Source: Acinetobacter phage vB_AbaM_ME3
Strand: one strand, 5' to 3'
Sequence record: KU935715.1
DNA length: 64,000 nucleotides
Shown here in pieces: positions 38,091-47,064 of this stretch. Both the position numbers and the translations under genes were made by a program. The notes under the pieces are model-generated. The model was not told the origin of the DNA, ran no database searches, and saw only the letters and a program-made list of their open reading frames with translations. Positions within the stretch are counted from its first letter, which is position 1. Every line of letters starts with the position of its first letter.

Positions 38091-39739
38091 TAGAAAGGTA
38101 TATCTCTTGGATAAGGAGCAATATCATAATGGCTAGTTGTTAATTGTTTTAAAGACAACCACTCTTTAGTAACTTCTAAAAGTTCTTCATTAGATCTTAA
38201 AGGATGGTTATAAGCAAGTTTAGCTTGAATAACATCATTGCCTTTAGTAACTTCAATACAAGCTATAGGTTCATTAGATGTTTTATCATATACGCCTACG
38301 ATTGAAATCTCACCTGATACAGCTTTAGTATCATAAACAGCTACACAGATATGAAGTTTAGTTCCAAGATCTAATAACATTTGTGTATGCGTTGCAGGAA
38401 CAAATGAATAGTTTTCTGTCTCGTAAGCTAAAGCAAGTCTATCTTCTGTAAGAGGAATTTCTCTTAAATAATTAGCATCTCTAATGTTACGTTGCAATTG
38501 AGATAAACCATCATGTATTTCAGGAATAGATCTTTTTGGATTCATTACTTCTAAAAGAAGATGCTGTTGATCTTCTCTAAGAAGACTTGTTACTCTAAAA
38601 TAAAGAGAACTGATATCATTAAATATATAAGATCGCTTAAAATTAACAATCTTTTTTAGACTATATCCATATGATAGAAGAATCTGAATAACATCTACAC
38701 AACGAATGTCTATATTATGATTTGTTAATAATAATTCTAAATTATTGGGATCAAACAAGGAATCAATCTTTGCTTTCTTAAGTAAATGAAAAGCTTTAAT
38801 TCGATTATAATCTTGACTTAAGAATCGTTGTATTTGTTTATTAGAGGATCCAATAAATTTTTCTCTTAAAGCTCTAGTACCATATTTATCATAATGATAT
38901 TTAAGAGTAGAGTATTTAATATGAAGACTTTTAACAGGATTACCATTACCAATAACGACATTTAAATCCATCCAGAGAGGATTTCGTAAAGCTCTCATTC
39001 CAGGTCTAAACCCAGATTTTCTTAAAATAGGATAATTATATCTTACATTATTCTCTTCTAAAACATCTAAGAACGTATGGTATAGAGTAGTATCATGTCT
39101 AATTTCATTAGGTACTGCAAATAACTTAATATTATTTCTAGAAATTTTAATATTCCCATCTTCGAAGAAATAGAATAAATGGTAAGATTTACTCTTATTC
39201 GTTCTAATACCTATAGATCCAGTTTTCTTATTTAACCAACATTTCTCTAAAAACCTACTAACTCTAATATAGGTATCAGTTACTTTAACTTTATAATTAA
39301 AATAACTAGAGAAACACTTAACTATAGTTTTATACCGTTGACTTTCTATTACAGGTTGTCTTTCTTCAAGTTTATTAATACCATAACCAGTACTATTAGT
39401 TGTCATTGTAAACCGTTCAGTTATATCAGCAACAACATTAGATATAGAAGTTGAAACACCTATTTCACCATGACTATAACCAAGTAAGAGAAGCAAGTCA
39501 GTTTTTAAAATAGGCACAACATGAGAAGGAATTCCAGTTCTAGTAAATGGATTATGTTTCTCTGAATATTCAGCAAGTACAGAAATCCAATACTTTTCTG
39601 GTATATCTTCTAACAACTTTCTAGAATTAGAAGATAACAAATGTTTTGTATAAGGCTCGATTGGTCGTGCTTTTTCATAACCCTTTAAGGCAGCACGATT
39701 ATGATCTAATTTATTAGGCACTTGAAAGAGTCTACTCAT
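38090..39739 (-). CDS. large hypothetical protein downstream of the E1-like/small-protein pair
   Basis: 549 aa; no JAB HxH or UBC HPN motif seen by eye. Confidence 0.5.
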   Translation of the reverse strand: MSRLFQVPNKLDHNRAALKGYEKARPIEPYTKHLLSSNSRKLLEDIPEKYWISVLAEYSEKHNPFTRTGIPSHVVPILKTDLLLLLGYSHGEIGVSTSISNVVADITERFTMTTNSTGYGINKLEERQPVIESQRYKTIVKCFSSYFNYKVKVTDTYIRVSRFLEKCWLNKKTGSIGIRTNKSKSYHLFYFFEDGNIKISRNNIKLFAVPNEIRHDTTLYHTFLDVLEENNVRYNYPILRKSGFRPGMRALRNPLWMDLNVVIGNGNPVKSLHIKYSTLKYHYDKYGTRALREKFIGSSNKQIQRFLSQDYNRIKAFHLLKKAKIDSLFDPNNLELLLTNHNIDIRCVDVIQILLSYGYSLKKIVNFKRSYIFNDISSLYFRVTSLLREDQQHLLLEVMNPKRSIPEIHDGLSQLQRNIRDANYLREIPLTEDRLALAYETENYSFVPATHTQMLLDLGTKLHICVAVYDTKAVSGEISIVGVYDKTSNEPIACIEVTKGNDVIQAKLAYNHPLRSNEELLEVTKEWLSLKQLTTSHYDIAPYPRDIPF

Positions 39740-39745
39740 TAATGA

Positions 39746-39964
39746 TTACCCTAATACAATTATTTTAGTTAATCCTTCTTCATCTGGAATTTCTTTTATA
39801 GTTAAAATAGAACTAGACTTAGAAGGAAAGTCATCTTTATAAAAACCAATACCTAATTGAGATATTGGTTCTACTGTATCACTTTCAGTAACAAAACATA
39901 CTTCTGCTTGAGGAGTATGCTTTTTAATTTTATTTAATTGACGAATTAAATCACTTACATTCAT
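39746..39964 (-). CDS. 72-aa protein ending ...KIIVLG-stop; candidate ubiquitin-like/ThiS-like carrier
   Basis: Start ATG overlaps E1-like stop (TAATG); C-terminal Gly; small size. Confidence 0.45.
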   Translation of the reverse strand: MNVSDLIRQLNKIKKHTPQAEVCFVTESDTVEPISQLGIGFYKDDFPSKSSSILTIKEIPDEEGLTKIIVLG

Positions 39965-41046
39965 TACTTAACCAAGTTACTAATATGAGCAGCTTTACTT
40001 AATTCAAATAATTTCTGATGACTTTCACAGATATCATCAGGGAACTCACTACGAGATAAATCCCCAGCGAATAATACAGAAGCATGAGTTGGAAGTTCCT
40101 TCTCAATACTAACATTAATACCACAAGTAAATTTAATTTTACGATGAGTAATACAGTCAGCAATAGAAGTTTGATATAAGTTAGCTAAAATAGAAGCTGC
40201 CATATCATTACCATTAAACATTTGTTCTGGATTGTCAGCAGTACCTTCTGCATCAGCATCAGCACAAGAATGTACTTTTACTTCTTCCACATCATCAATA
40301 AACGATGGGTGATCCAAGGTATATAAATTTGTAAACACTGGATAAGATACATAACATTGACCGTTAAATAAGTTGATTCCTGCATTGAAATAAATCAAAC
40401 AAGTTTTCTTATAAATAACATAATCAATTTTACGTTTAAATACTTCATTATCTACAAGATTTACAATGATATCAGAAGATTGAATATAGTCATCAATATT
40501 AAAGAAAACATCCTGATCAAGAGGTTGCTCTAACTTAGATACTTTTTGATCATACTCTACAGAAGTACCATATAAAGGAATAGATACTACAGAGATACGA
40601 GGATAAAGATTATTATAACGTTCAGCAAGTACGTCAGATTTTTTCTGACCTACATCTTCATTAATGAAGTTTTGACGAATAATGTTTTTAGTTTCAACCT
40701 CATCATGATCCATGATAACAATTTCAAGATCATAAGCTTGTTCAGGACATTTAGTAAAAGCATCGTTATAAATCTTTAAAAGCTTAGGTAAGAACCAACT
40801 AGCAGTTCCTCCAGCTCCGAACATAACGACACGTGATTTACGATTTAATACATCCTTTAAAAGGTTTTTAGATACAGCTGAACGTAATTGAATCATTTCA
40901 ACAAAACCAACTGAAGCTGTTGCATCAGCTTGTAATTTGGTTTCGTCTTCATAACGATATTTAGTACGAATATCTAAGCTGTCATACCAGTTAAGAACAT
41001 TTTGATTGATTGACATTTGTTGTCTCGATAGTTGTATTGTCTTCAC
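39964..41046 (-). CDS. E1-like (ThiF/MoeB/HesA superfamily) adenylyltransferase
   Basis: 360 aa; nucleotide-binding RVVMFGAGGTASW (GxGGxxS) and IVIMDHDEVETKNIIRQNF matching the E1 D.D.VE.SNL.RQ motif; candidate Cys in VHSCADADAEG. Confidence 0.75.
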   Translation of the reverse strand: MKTIQLSRQQMSINQNVLNWYDSLDIRTKYRYEDETKLQADATASVGFVEMIQLRSAVSKNLLKDVLNRKSRVVMFGAGGTASWFLPKLLKIYNDAFTKCPEQAYDLEIVIMDHDEVETKNIIRQNFINEDVGQKKSDVLAERYNNLYPRISVVSIPLYGTSVEYDQKVSKLEQPLDQDVFFNIDDYIQSSDIIVNLVDNEVFKRKIDYVIYKKTCLIYFNAGINLFNGQCYVSYPVFTNLYTLDHPSFIDDVEEVKVHSCADADAEGTADNPEQMFNGNDMAASILANLYQTSIADCITHRKIKFTCGINVSIEKELPTHASVLFAGDLSRSEFPDDICESHQKLFELSKAAHISNLVK

Positions 41047-41641
41047 TTAATTTGACAATAGTTTTTGCAAATTCATCAGCGACTAGACGTTCTAGTTTTT
41101 CTGATAACTCATACATTTCTGGAACTTCTGCTCCTGACTCGTCTGCATATTTAATTACACAAGCAATAGCTTTGTCTACAAACTCAAGAGCAAGAGATTC
41201 TGAATACTTAACACCATAACGTACTTTATTGATTAAACCATAAATATCGTTAAATGGATTTTTTACTGAATAAAAGTTCGAAGAGTTGCTAGTAGTTGTT
41301 TTAGCTTTATTATTGGGATGTACCTTCCAGCCTTGAGCACTATAGTAGTCCTCATAATCACCTTCAGTCCAACCTGCATACCCACCAGTAGTTCCTGTTT
41401 TACCTGCACCATACATACCTGTGTACATAGGAGCAAACTCAGTGATATTAGCATAATCACTTTCTGGAACAGTGTAATCACTAGTAGCTGTAACACCTAG
41501 TTCATTTGAAAAAATATCTTCGATCTTAAGTTTAATTTCTTTACCATTAGATGCTGCCCGTACAACCATTTCAGGGAGTTCATTGTCAATTTTACCAATT
41601 ACCCCAAAGTAACGAGTTGCCGTTTCATCTTTAAGATCCAT
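40991..41641 (-). CDS. hypothetical protein with Gly/Thr-rich middle segment
   Basis: 216 aa; 3' end overlaps E1-like start by 56 nt. Confidence 0.45.
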   Translation of the reverse strand: MDLKDETATRYFGVIGKIDNELPEMVVRAASNGKEIKLKIEDIFSNELGVTATSDYTVPESDYANITEFAPMYTGMYGAGKTGTTGGYAGWTEGDYEDYYSAQGWKVHPNNKAKTTTSNSSNFYSVKNPFNDIYGLINKVRYGVKYSESLALEFVDKAIACVIKYADESGAEVPEMYELSEKLERLVADEFAKTIVKLSEDNTTIETTNVNQSKCS

Positions 41642-41788
41642 TATCTTTTAAGTAGTTCGTTAGACTACTTAGAGTAATCATTAATATTAACCTTATTATA
41701 ATAAATTTCAGTATAACCTCCAAAAATATTACCATTAAAATCTACTGATTTGTTAGATTTTTTAATATTTTGTTCGATTAAAAATAAA

Positions 41789-42232
41789 TCAGGCAATAAT
41801 CCGTTCAATAGTATCTCTTAAGTTTATTTCAACATCAGGATAAAATTTTCTCATTTCTTGTCTTAATTTATATAATCGTCTTTTTGGATTAATACTTAAA
41901 CCATATTTATAATAAATACTATTATTAATTTTTATTTCAAATTCGTATAAAAAGATAGTTTCTAAAGGTCTACGTTGAACTGTAGTTTTATTTAAAAATC
42001 CACTTTGGTTATTTCTAGAGCATGTAGGACAATTACTTCTAGATTGTAAATAGTCATTAGTGCGTGGTGTCCATGTGTTAGAACATTTTTTGCATTCTAA
42101 TTTTATAAATTTAGCATACTCTTGATAACTTCTAGTTAATAAAATGTATAAATCATCTTGGATAACTTTAGAAAGAATTGTAGAATATTTTAATAAATTA
42201 TAAAAATTAGATTTTTGAACTAATGCGTACAT
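41789..42232 (-). CDS. zinc-ribbon + GIY-YIG-like endonuclease segment (homing-endonuclease-like), possibly 3' half of a frameshifted gene
   Basis: CKKCSN...CPTC zinc ribbon; FLYEFEI...YYKYGLSINPKRRLYKLRQE resembles GIY...YIG...R...E. Confidence 0.45.
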   Translation of the reverse strand: MYALVQKSNFYNLLKYSTILSKVIQDDLYILLTRSYQEYAKFIKLECKKCSNTWTPRTNDYLQSRSNCPTCSRNNQSGFLNKTTVQRRPLETIFLYEFEIKINNSIYYKYGLSINPKRRLYKLRQEMRKFYPDVEINLRDTIERIIA

Positions 42233-42630
42233 GAACTAACTCCCTTAACAAAATCATGAAATAAGGGAAAATAAATATTACCACATGTCTTATGAACTAG
42301 AGCTAATGATATTTTAGTAGTAATTTTAGATAAATCTTGATAGATATATTCATACTCTGAAAAAGTTGTATCAATATAAAGTTTTAAATCCTTTTCTGAT
42401 TTAAAACGTCTTGATTTTTCATTACAAACGCCTGACGTAAGTTTACAATCATTACAGAATTTAGGCTTATTATAAATCAAATTAAACCAATTACTTATAA
42501 CTTCTTTTTGACAAGTATTACAAATTACTAGTATTTTAGATTTGACATTTTTATAAGGTTCTACTTCTCTAATAAATGAAAAACAATTTTCACTTTGAAT
42601 AATCATTTTATATTTTTGAATTTGAAACAA
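42220..42630 (-). CDS. zinc-finger protein, possibly 5' half of the same endonuclease gene
   Basis: 136 aa; CNTC...CNDC; 13-nt overlap with 41789..42232; immediately 3' of group I intron core. Confidence 0.4.
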   Translation of the reverse strand: MFQIQKYKMIIQSENCFSFIREVEPYKNVKSKILVICNTCQKEVISNWFNLIYNKPKFCNDCKLTSGVCNEKSRRFKSEKDLKLYIDTTFSEYEYIYQDLSKITTKISLALVHKTCGNIYFPLFHDFVKGVSSCTH

Positions 42631-42660
42631 ATCTACTCCTCTATATTTCTATAGATGTTG

Positions 42661-42915
42661 AGACTATATCTTCATCCTATTAAATAGGAGTTTTATGTTT
42701 CCCTTTAATCCGTTCGGAACCACTTGGCGGTAGACCTAAATTTAATTTAGGAATTACTAGTCGTTGAACCTTCCTCTATATTACTAGAGGCTTGGCTGCT
42801 GATTGTCCATTACAAAGAATATATTAATATATTCATCTTCTTTATTTTCAAACATTCACGCTCATCTTTACAGATCACGTTGTAGTTAAAGAAGCTTTAG
42901 GAGTTTCCAGCAATT
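42661..42915 (-). ncRNA. group I intron catalytic core (P, Q, P6, R, P8, S elements), IA2-like
   Basis: P AATTGCTGGAAAC (42915-42903), Q AATCAGCAGC (42804-42795), P6 hairpin CCTCTA/TAGAGG, R GTTCAACGACTAGT (42769-42756), S GAAGATATAGTCT (42673-42661); P/Q carry compensatory T/A changes preserving P4. Confidence 0.6.
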
Positions 42916-43383
42916 AATAAAATTTTGTCGACTACATTACTGTAGAAGGTGTCAATCTATTATTTAACACTACTGAAGAAAGCGCTCATATTGACGTGTG
43001 ACACCGTCATAATTGTTAACAAGAGTTTCTTTAATTATCTCTTTTCATTTCCTATCTAAAGTTTGGAAATAGTTCAGACTATCTAATCACCTTCAACAAC
43101 AAATATTTGCTTTGTTAAGGTGTTGGGCGCTCGTGGAGAGGTTATTGTTATCTTACTCACTCTCTAGTCGTTTAACGTTCTTGTCTCTTAATTAAGATAA
43201 GACAAGCTTCGCACAGTGTCGCCTACTAAGCTTCCACTGTTAGCTACAATATATAAATATAATAATGATACAGACTATTGGAATCTAACCAATTCATCCT
43301 AAGTTTACAAAGATGTTTCCCAACATTCTAAGCTCTTGGGGCGTTCACCTTTCACCAAGTCTGCATTACGAATTATCTCGGAT

Positions 43384-43461
43384 TGGTAGGCCTTATGGGA
43401 TTCTAACCCATGATCTCACAAGTTATGAGCTTGGTGCTTTAGAACGCTAAGCTAAAGGCCT
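43384..43461 (-). tRNA. tRNA-like element, anticodon CAT, non-canonical D- and T-loops
   Basis: Acceptor AGGCCTT/AAGGCCT + A + CCA, D-stem GCTT/AAGC, anticodon loop CTCATAA, T-arm ATGGG-TTAGAAT-CCCAT; lacks G18G19 and C56. Confidence 0.35.
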
Positions 43462-43477
43462 GTAATACCGAAAGAAT

Positions 43478-43562
43478 TGGCATCGCCTGGAGGAATCGAA
43501 CCTCTCACGTCCTTCCTGCTTTTTACGTACCAGCTTAGAAGGCTGGTGCAGGGGCAAGCGAC
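43478..43562 (-). tRNA. aberrant tRNA-like element, anticodon TCT, no recognisable D-arm
   Basis: 3' end AGAGG-TTCGATT-CCTCC-AGGCGAT-G-CCA; anticodon stem CCAGC/GCTGG, loop CTTCTAA; 5' acceptor GTCGCTT with two G-U pairs. Confidence 0.3.
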
Positions 43563-43666
43563 ACAGATGATTAATTTCATTTTGTAAATTTATATAAGTA
43601 ACACCCTCTTTTGATCGAGGTTCACCCAATTATTCGATTACCATTTCTGATAAAAGCCACTCACAT

Positions 43667-44101
43667 TTAATGGATATCCATAACTACAACTAAATCTGGA
43701 CTTGAATAAATCTCAGGAGTATTAGTATAGTTAATGGTTGCTGCGCTTACTTCTTGTTTAGGTACATGAATGAAGAAATCTTTTTTAATTTTATCCCAAA
43801 CAATAGCACAATAGACTTCAGATTTAATTGTCTTACTAATATTACGATAAAGAACAATTACTTGTTGTAATAATCCAGTAGGAATTTTTGGAATTTCAGA
43901 ATGATCAGGAGTAAAAGAAGTTTCACATTCTTTTGTCAAACCTAAAGCTTTGAAATCTTTTAATTCAGTAGGGATTACAAATGTACCAATAGGAGACTTA
44001 CGTTGCTGAAAAATACCATTAGCAAAGATTGCATTATGGATATTCTTACCTGATTCTGTATCAAATTTTTCAACAGCAAAAGAGTTAAATAAATCAAACA
44101 T
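43667..44101 (-). CDS. hypothetical protein
   Basis: 144 aa; stop is immediately upstream of the tRNA-like/intron region. Confidence 0.45.
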   Translation of the reverse strand: MFDLFNSFAVEKFDTESGKNIHNAIFANGIFQQRKSPIGTFVIPTELKDFKALGLTKECETSFTPDHSEIPKIPTGLLQQVIVLYRNISKTIKSEVYCAIVWDKIKKDFFIHVPKQEVSAATINYTNTPEIYSSPDLVVVMDIH

Positions 44102-44985
44102 TAGAAGTGTCTCCCAATATTAATAGCACCATCGCCACCATTAGGTTCAAAAATATCATCAAATTTGTAACCTAATACTGAACAGAAATAGTAAAGAGTA
44201 AAGATATTATGATACCAATCATGTTCACGCTCTGTAATAGAACGAATAAAGTAATTGATTGAATCTTCACTTTCTGCTAATACTTCTGTTAAAAATTCTT
44301 TAAAACCTTCACGATTTGAATTAACAAAAGAAGTTTTAACTTGATTACGAATACGTAAATCAGAGTTAAAATTAGAATTTAAGTAAGCATGAATAGTAGA
44401 TACTTGTTTATAACTATCTTTTGCTTTTAATAAATCACGATCAAAACTTCCATGCCAACAAACATTGTGATCAAAGTGATTACACAACATAGAAAGAAGT
44501 TGAGAATCATTACTTGGCATATTAATAATGTTAGTAGTAATAATTCCGTAGTTATGAGTTACATTACTAAATTCTGAATTATTTGTATTAACGATTAAGG
44601 CGCCATAATTTTTTAATTTAAAATTAGGGAAACGTACAAAATGATTTTCATCGCCATCTTCATCTTCTTCAGTAATATGGCAGATTCCGTATTTATTGCC
44701 TTCTTTGATATTTACACTACCACCAAATTGGAAAGTACCTGTAAAGGTTACTTCAGGAATCATGTATAAACGTTTTACTTGTCCATTCGCTACACATTCA
44801 CGAATTAAATAAGGACTAATAAAACCAGTATCAGCTTCTTTTAAACCATTAACAGAAGCTTTAGTAAAGAGTTCAGGAACAGATGCTACAGGAACACGTT
44901 TAATAACAGATTGACGTCGATCATTAGTTACACTAACCCGTGCATGTGGTTGTGAACTGTCTAACGTTACATTAATAATAGTCAT
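44101..44985 (-). CDS. hypothetical protein
   Basis: 294 aa; stop overlaps next start. Confidence 0.5.
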   Translation of the reverse strand: MTIINVTLDSSQPHARVSVTNDRRQSVIKRVPVASVPELFTKASVNGLKEADTGFISPYLIRECVANGQVKRLYMIPEVTFTGTFQFGGSVNIKEGNKYGICHITEEDEDGDENHFVRFPNFKLKNYGALIVNTNNSEFSNVTHNYGIITTNIINMPSNDSQLLSMLCNHFDHNVCWHGSFDRDLLKAKDSYKQVSTIHAYLNSNFNSDLRIRNQVKTSFVNSNREGFKEFLTEVLAESEDSINYFIRSITEREHDWYHNIFTLYYFCSVLGYKFDDIFEPNGGDGAINIGRHF

Positions 44986-45320
44986 AGATATTTCGATTTA
45001 ATTGTAGGAGTAGAACTTAAGACCATAGTGAATTTACTGATGTAAGCATCCATCATTGATGTATCAGGAGCTTGTCGTCTAGTACGAGAAGATGGAAAAC
45101 GATCAACAATATTTCGAATAGTTCGTTCATCAACATCTGCATATCCATTAAGAATGCTTTCAACAAATTCAGGAATATTTAAATCTGGTCTACGTAATAA
45201 GGAGAGAACGTCAGTAGGAAGTTCTTGTGGGACTGTCCCATCAACTTCATTAGGAAACGTTTCAAATAAGGCTTCATTAATTAACAATTGTATGTACCTC
45301 ACGTCTGCTGAAGTAATCAT
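44982..45320 (-). CDS. hypothetical protein (may be 3' part of a frameshifted gene with 45277..45717)
   Basis: 112 aa; 44-nt out-of-frame overlap with upstream ORF. Confidence 0.4.
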   Translation of the reverse strand: MITSADVRYIQLLINEALFETFPNEVDGTVPQELPTDVLSLLRRPDLNIPEFVESILNGYADVDERTIRNIVDRFPSSRTRRQAPDTSMMDAYISKFTMVLSSTPTIKSKYL

Positions 45321-45717
45321 TTTCTCTTACAATACGACTTAAACGTTCTAGAGAATTTCCACGTCTTAATGATACAGGAACACGAGAATCAGAGATGTCT
45401 TTAGTAAGAAGATCTTTAATAACATTAAGTGTCATTGTTAAATGAGATTTCACTGTCAGTTTATTAGGAGGAGAACAATCATACAGATCTTTCATCACGC
45501 TATAAATAAAAGGACTATATGATAGATACATATACATAGTAGCTACAGTATCAATATCAGAATAAGGGATATCAAAAGCAGCTAAGGTTTCTTGAAGGGG
45601 ATTTTCACTAGTTCTATGTGTATTTAAATGATGTTCAAAAGTAGAAGCTTGTCTACTATTAAAACGAGTAAATATTGTAGCTAGTAAATATTTTTCAAAC
45701 GATTTATCAATAATCAT
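45277..45717 (-). CDS. hypothetical protein
   Basis: 146 aa. Confidence 0.4.
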   Translation of the reverse strand: MIIDKSFEKYLLATIFTRFNSRQASTFEHHLNTHRTSENPLQETLAAFDIPYSDIDTVATMYMYLSYSPFIYSVMKDLYDCSPPNKLTVKSHLTMTLNVIKDLLTKDISDSRVPVSLRRGNSLERLSRIVRENDYFSRREVHTIVN

Positions 45718-45811
45718 TTTATGTATAACCAGAGAGAAGAAAAAACAAAATAGAAAAAGGAATATATACTAATTTAGTATATATTCCTTAAATACTTAAA
45801 CCTTAATAGGC

Positions 45812-46009
45812 TTACGCAGCTTTGTTACCATCTTTCAATTGGAAAGTAACTTCATCACCAGTCACAACAACTTCAGCTTTATCAAGCTCGTTGTACATTT
45901 GACGGAAGATCGCTAAGATCTCTTGTGGAGTTTTGTTTGGAACAGGTTGACGAGTGATACCAGCAGAAGCGTAAGTTACATAATAAGTAGTTGAAGTAGT
46001 CATGGACAT
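45812..46009 (-). CDS. hypothetical small protein
   Basis: 65 aa; locally GC-richer. Confidence 0.4.
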   Translation of the reverse strand: MSMTTSTTYYVTYASAGITRQPVPNKTPQEILAIFRQMYNELDKAEVVVTGDEVTFQLKDGNKAA

Positions 46010-46019
46010 TTCCTTTTAA

Positions 46020-47042
46020 TTAATTAAATAGAGAAAACTCATCTAACACAAGTTGATTAATTTGAGAAGGTGTTAGAGAGTATAAAGTTTTAGTTTCGTA
46101 TTTTTCTTTCAAAGCTTTCATAAATAAACCAAGTTCTTTAGTTTCAAGTTTAGTAATTTCTTGTACCACACGACCATTAAACTTTTGTTTAACAGCTTGG
46201 CTAATTCTAAACTCTTCTCTTAAGATATTTACTTTGTCTTCTAAGAAAGGAAATACAGTTTTTAAATGATCAAAATGATCATAGGGAAGTTTTAATGAGT
46301 CTTTCGATAAATCAGGACGGGAATCAATATACTCTAAGAACATATTATAAACCTTTCTCTTTTTATCTCGAACTCTATTAACATTATTCAAGTTTTCAAA
46401 TTTATACAAACCTGTATAAAAATAAGGACTAGATGTTAACCAATCGAACATCTGTATATAAGTGTCAAACCCTTTATTAAATTGTTTAACATCTAATTCT
46501 AATAAATTTAAAACATCTAAATAATTAGTTGATAACTCTACTTCACCAAGTAAGTTATCTTGTTGATCTAAAGGTCGTACTTCATATGTTAAACCATACA
46601 TACCATGTTTAACCTTAAAGACGCCTTTAGATAGCCTTCCAATTAGATTACCTAAATCATTCCAACTAAGATAATTCTGTGTGTACTCAATGTACTGATT
46701 TTGAACGAATATTAAATCTATTTGAAAGGTACCTAATAAGAAAGATATTACTGGTCCGTTACGGAGAGCAATAATATTTTGACTACGTAAGTGTAAAAGA
46801 GTTTCAGTGATGGTGTTATTATTTTCTAATTCTACGAGGATGTCTAAATCGCCATGTGATTCTTTTTCTCTTACTGAGTCTATACATCTATACTTCAAAC
46901 CATTAGCTTCTAACATACATTTAACTGCATATAAGACACTAGGGTAATCAGTAACATGTAATCTTTTTAAAACATTTTCAGGATCTTTACTCTGAATGTA
47001 GGACTTAAAAGCATTTCCACCCATAGTAAGGGCTCCTTTCAT
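46020..47042 (-). CDS. hypothetical protein, possible nucleotidyltransferase fold
   Basis: 340 aa; GGNAF ... HGDLDILVEL suggestive of a Pol-beta-type G[GS]...D.D signature but spacing atypical. Confidence 0.35.
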   Translation of the reverse strand: MKGALTMGGNAFKSYIQSKDPENVLKRLHVTDYPSVLYAVKCMLEANGLKYRCIDSVREKESHGDLDILVELENNNTITETLLHLRSQNIIALRNGPVISFLLGTFQIDLIFVQNQYIEYTQNYLSWNDLGNLIGRLSKGVFKVKHGMYGLTYEVRPLDQQDNLLGEVELSTNYLDVLNLLELDVKQFNKGFDTYIQMFDWLTSSPYFYTGLYKFENLNNVNRVRDKKRKVYNMFLEYIDSRPDLSKDSLKLPYDHFDHLKTVFPFLEDKVNILREEFRISQAVKQKFNGRVVQEITKLETKELGLFMKALKEKYETKTLYSLTPSQINQLVLDEFSLFN

Positions 47043-47064
47043 ATTTCTTATTAAATTCTATATC

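Noticed and set aside
43269-43364. Third tRNA-like candidate (GCAGACT...AGTCTGT acceptor pairing, TTAGATT T-loop)
   Set aside because: It is 96 nt with no consistent anticodon arm (12-nt loop). It is mentioned in findings but not called as a feature.
43447-43629. 60-aa ORF on the minus strand inside the tRNA-like region
   Set aside because: It overlaps the tRNA-like structures in a GC-richer non-coding stretch, has no RBS and gives an Arg-rich nonsense translation; likely spurious.
42916-43666. Single ~2-kb intron joining ORFs 43667..44101 and 40991..41641
   Set aside because: This would require about 750 nt between the 5' splice site and P3/P4, with no ORF there and no recognisable P1/IGS. 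It is kept only as an open possibility inside the intron finding.
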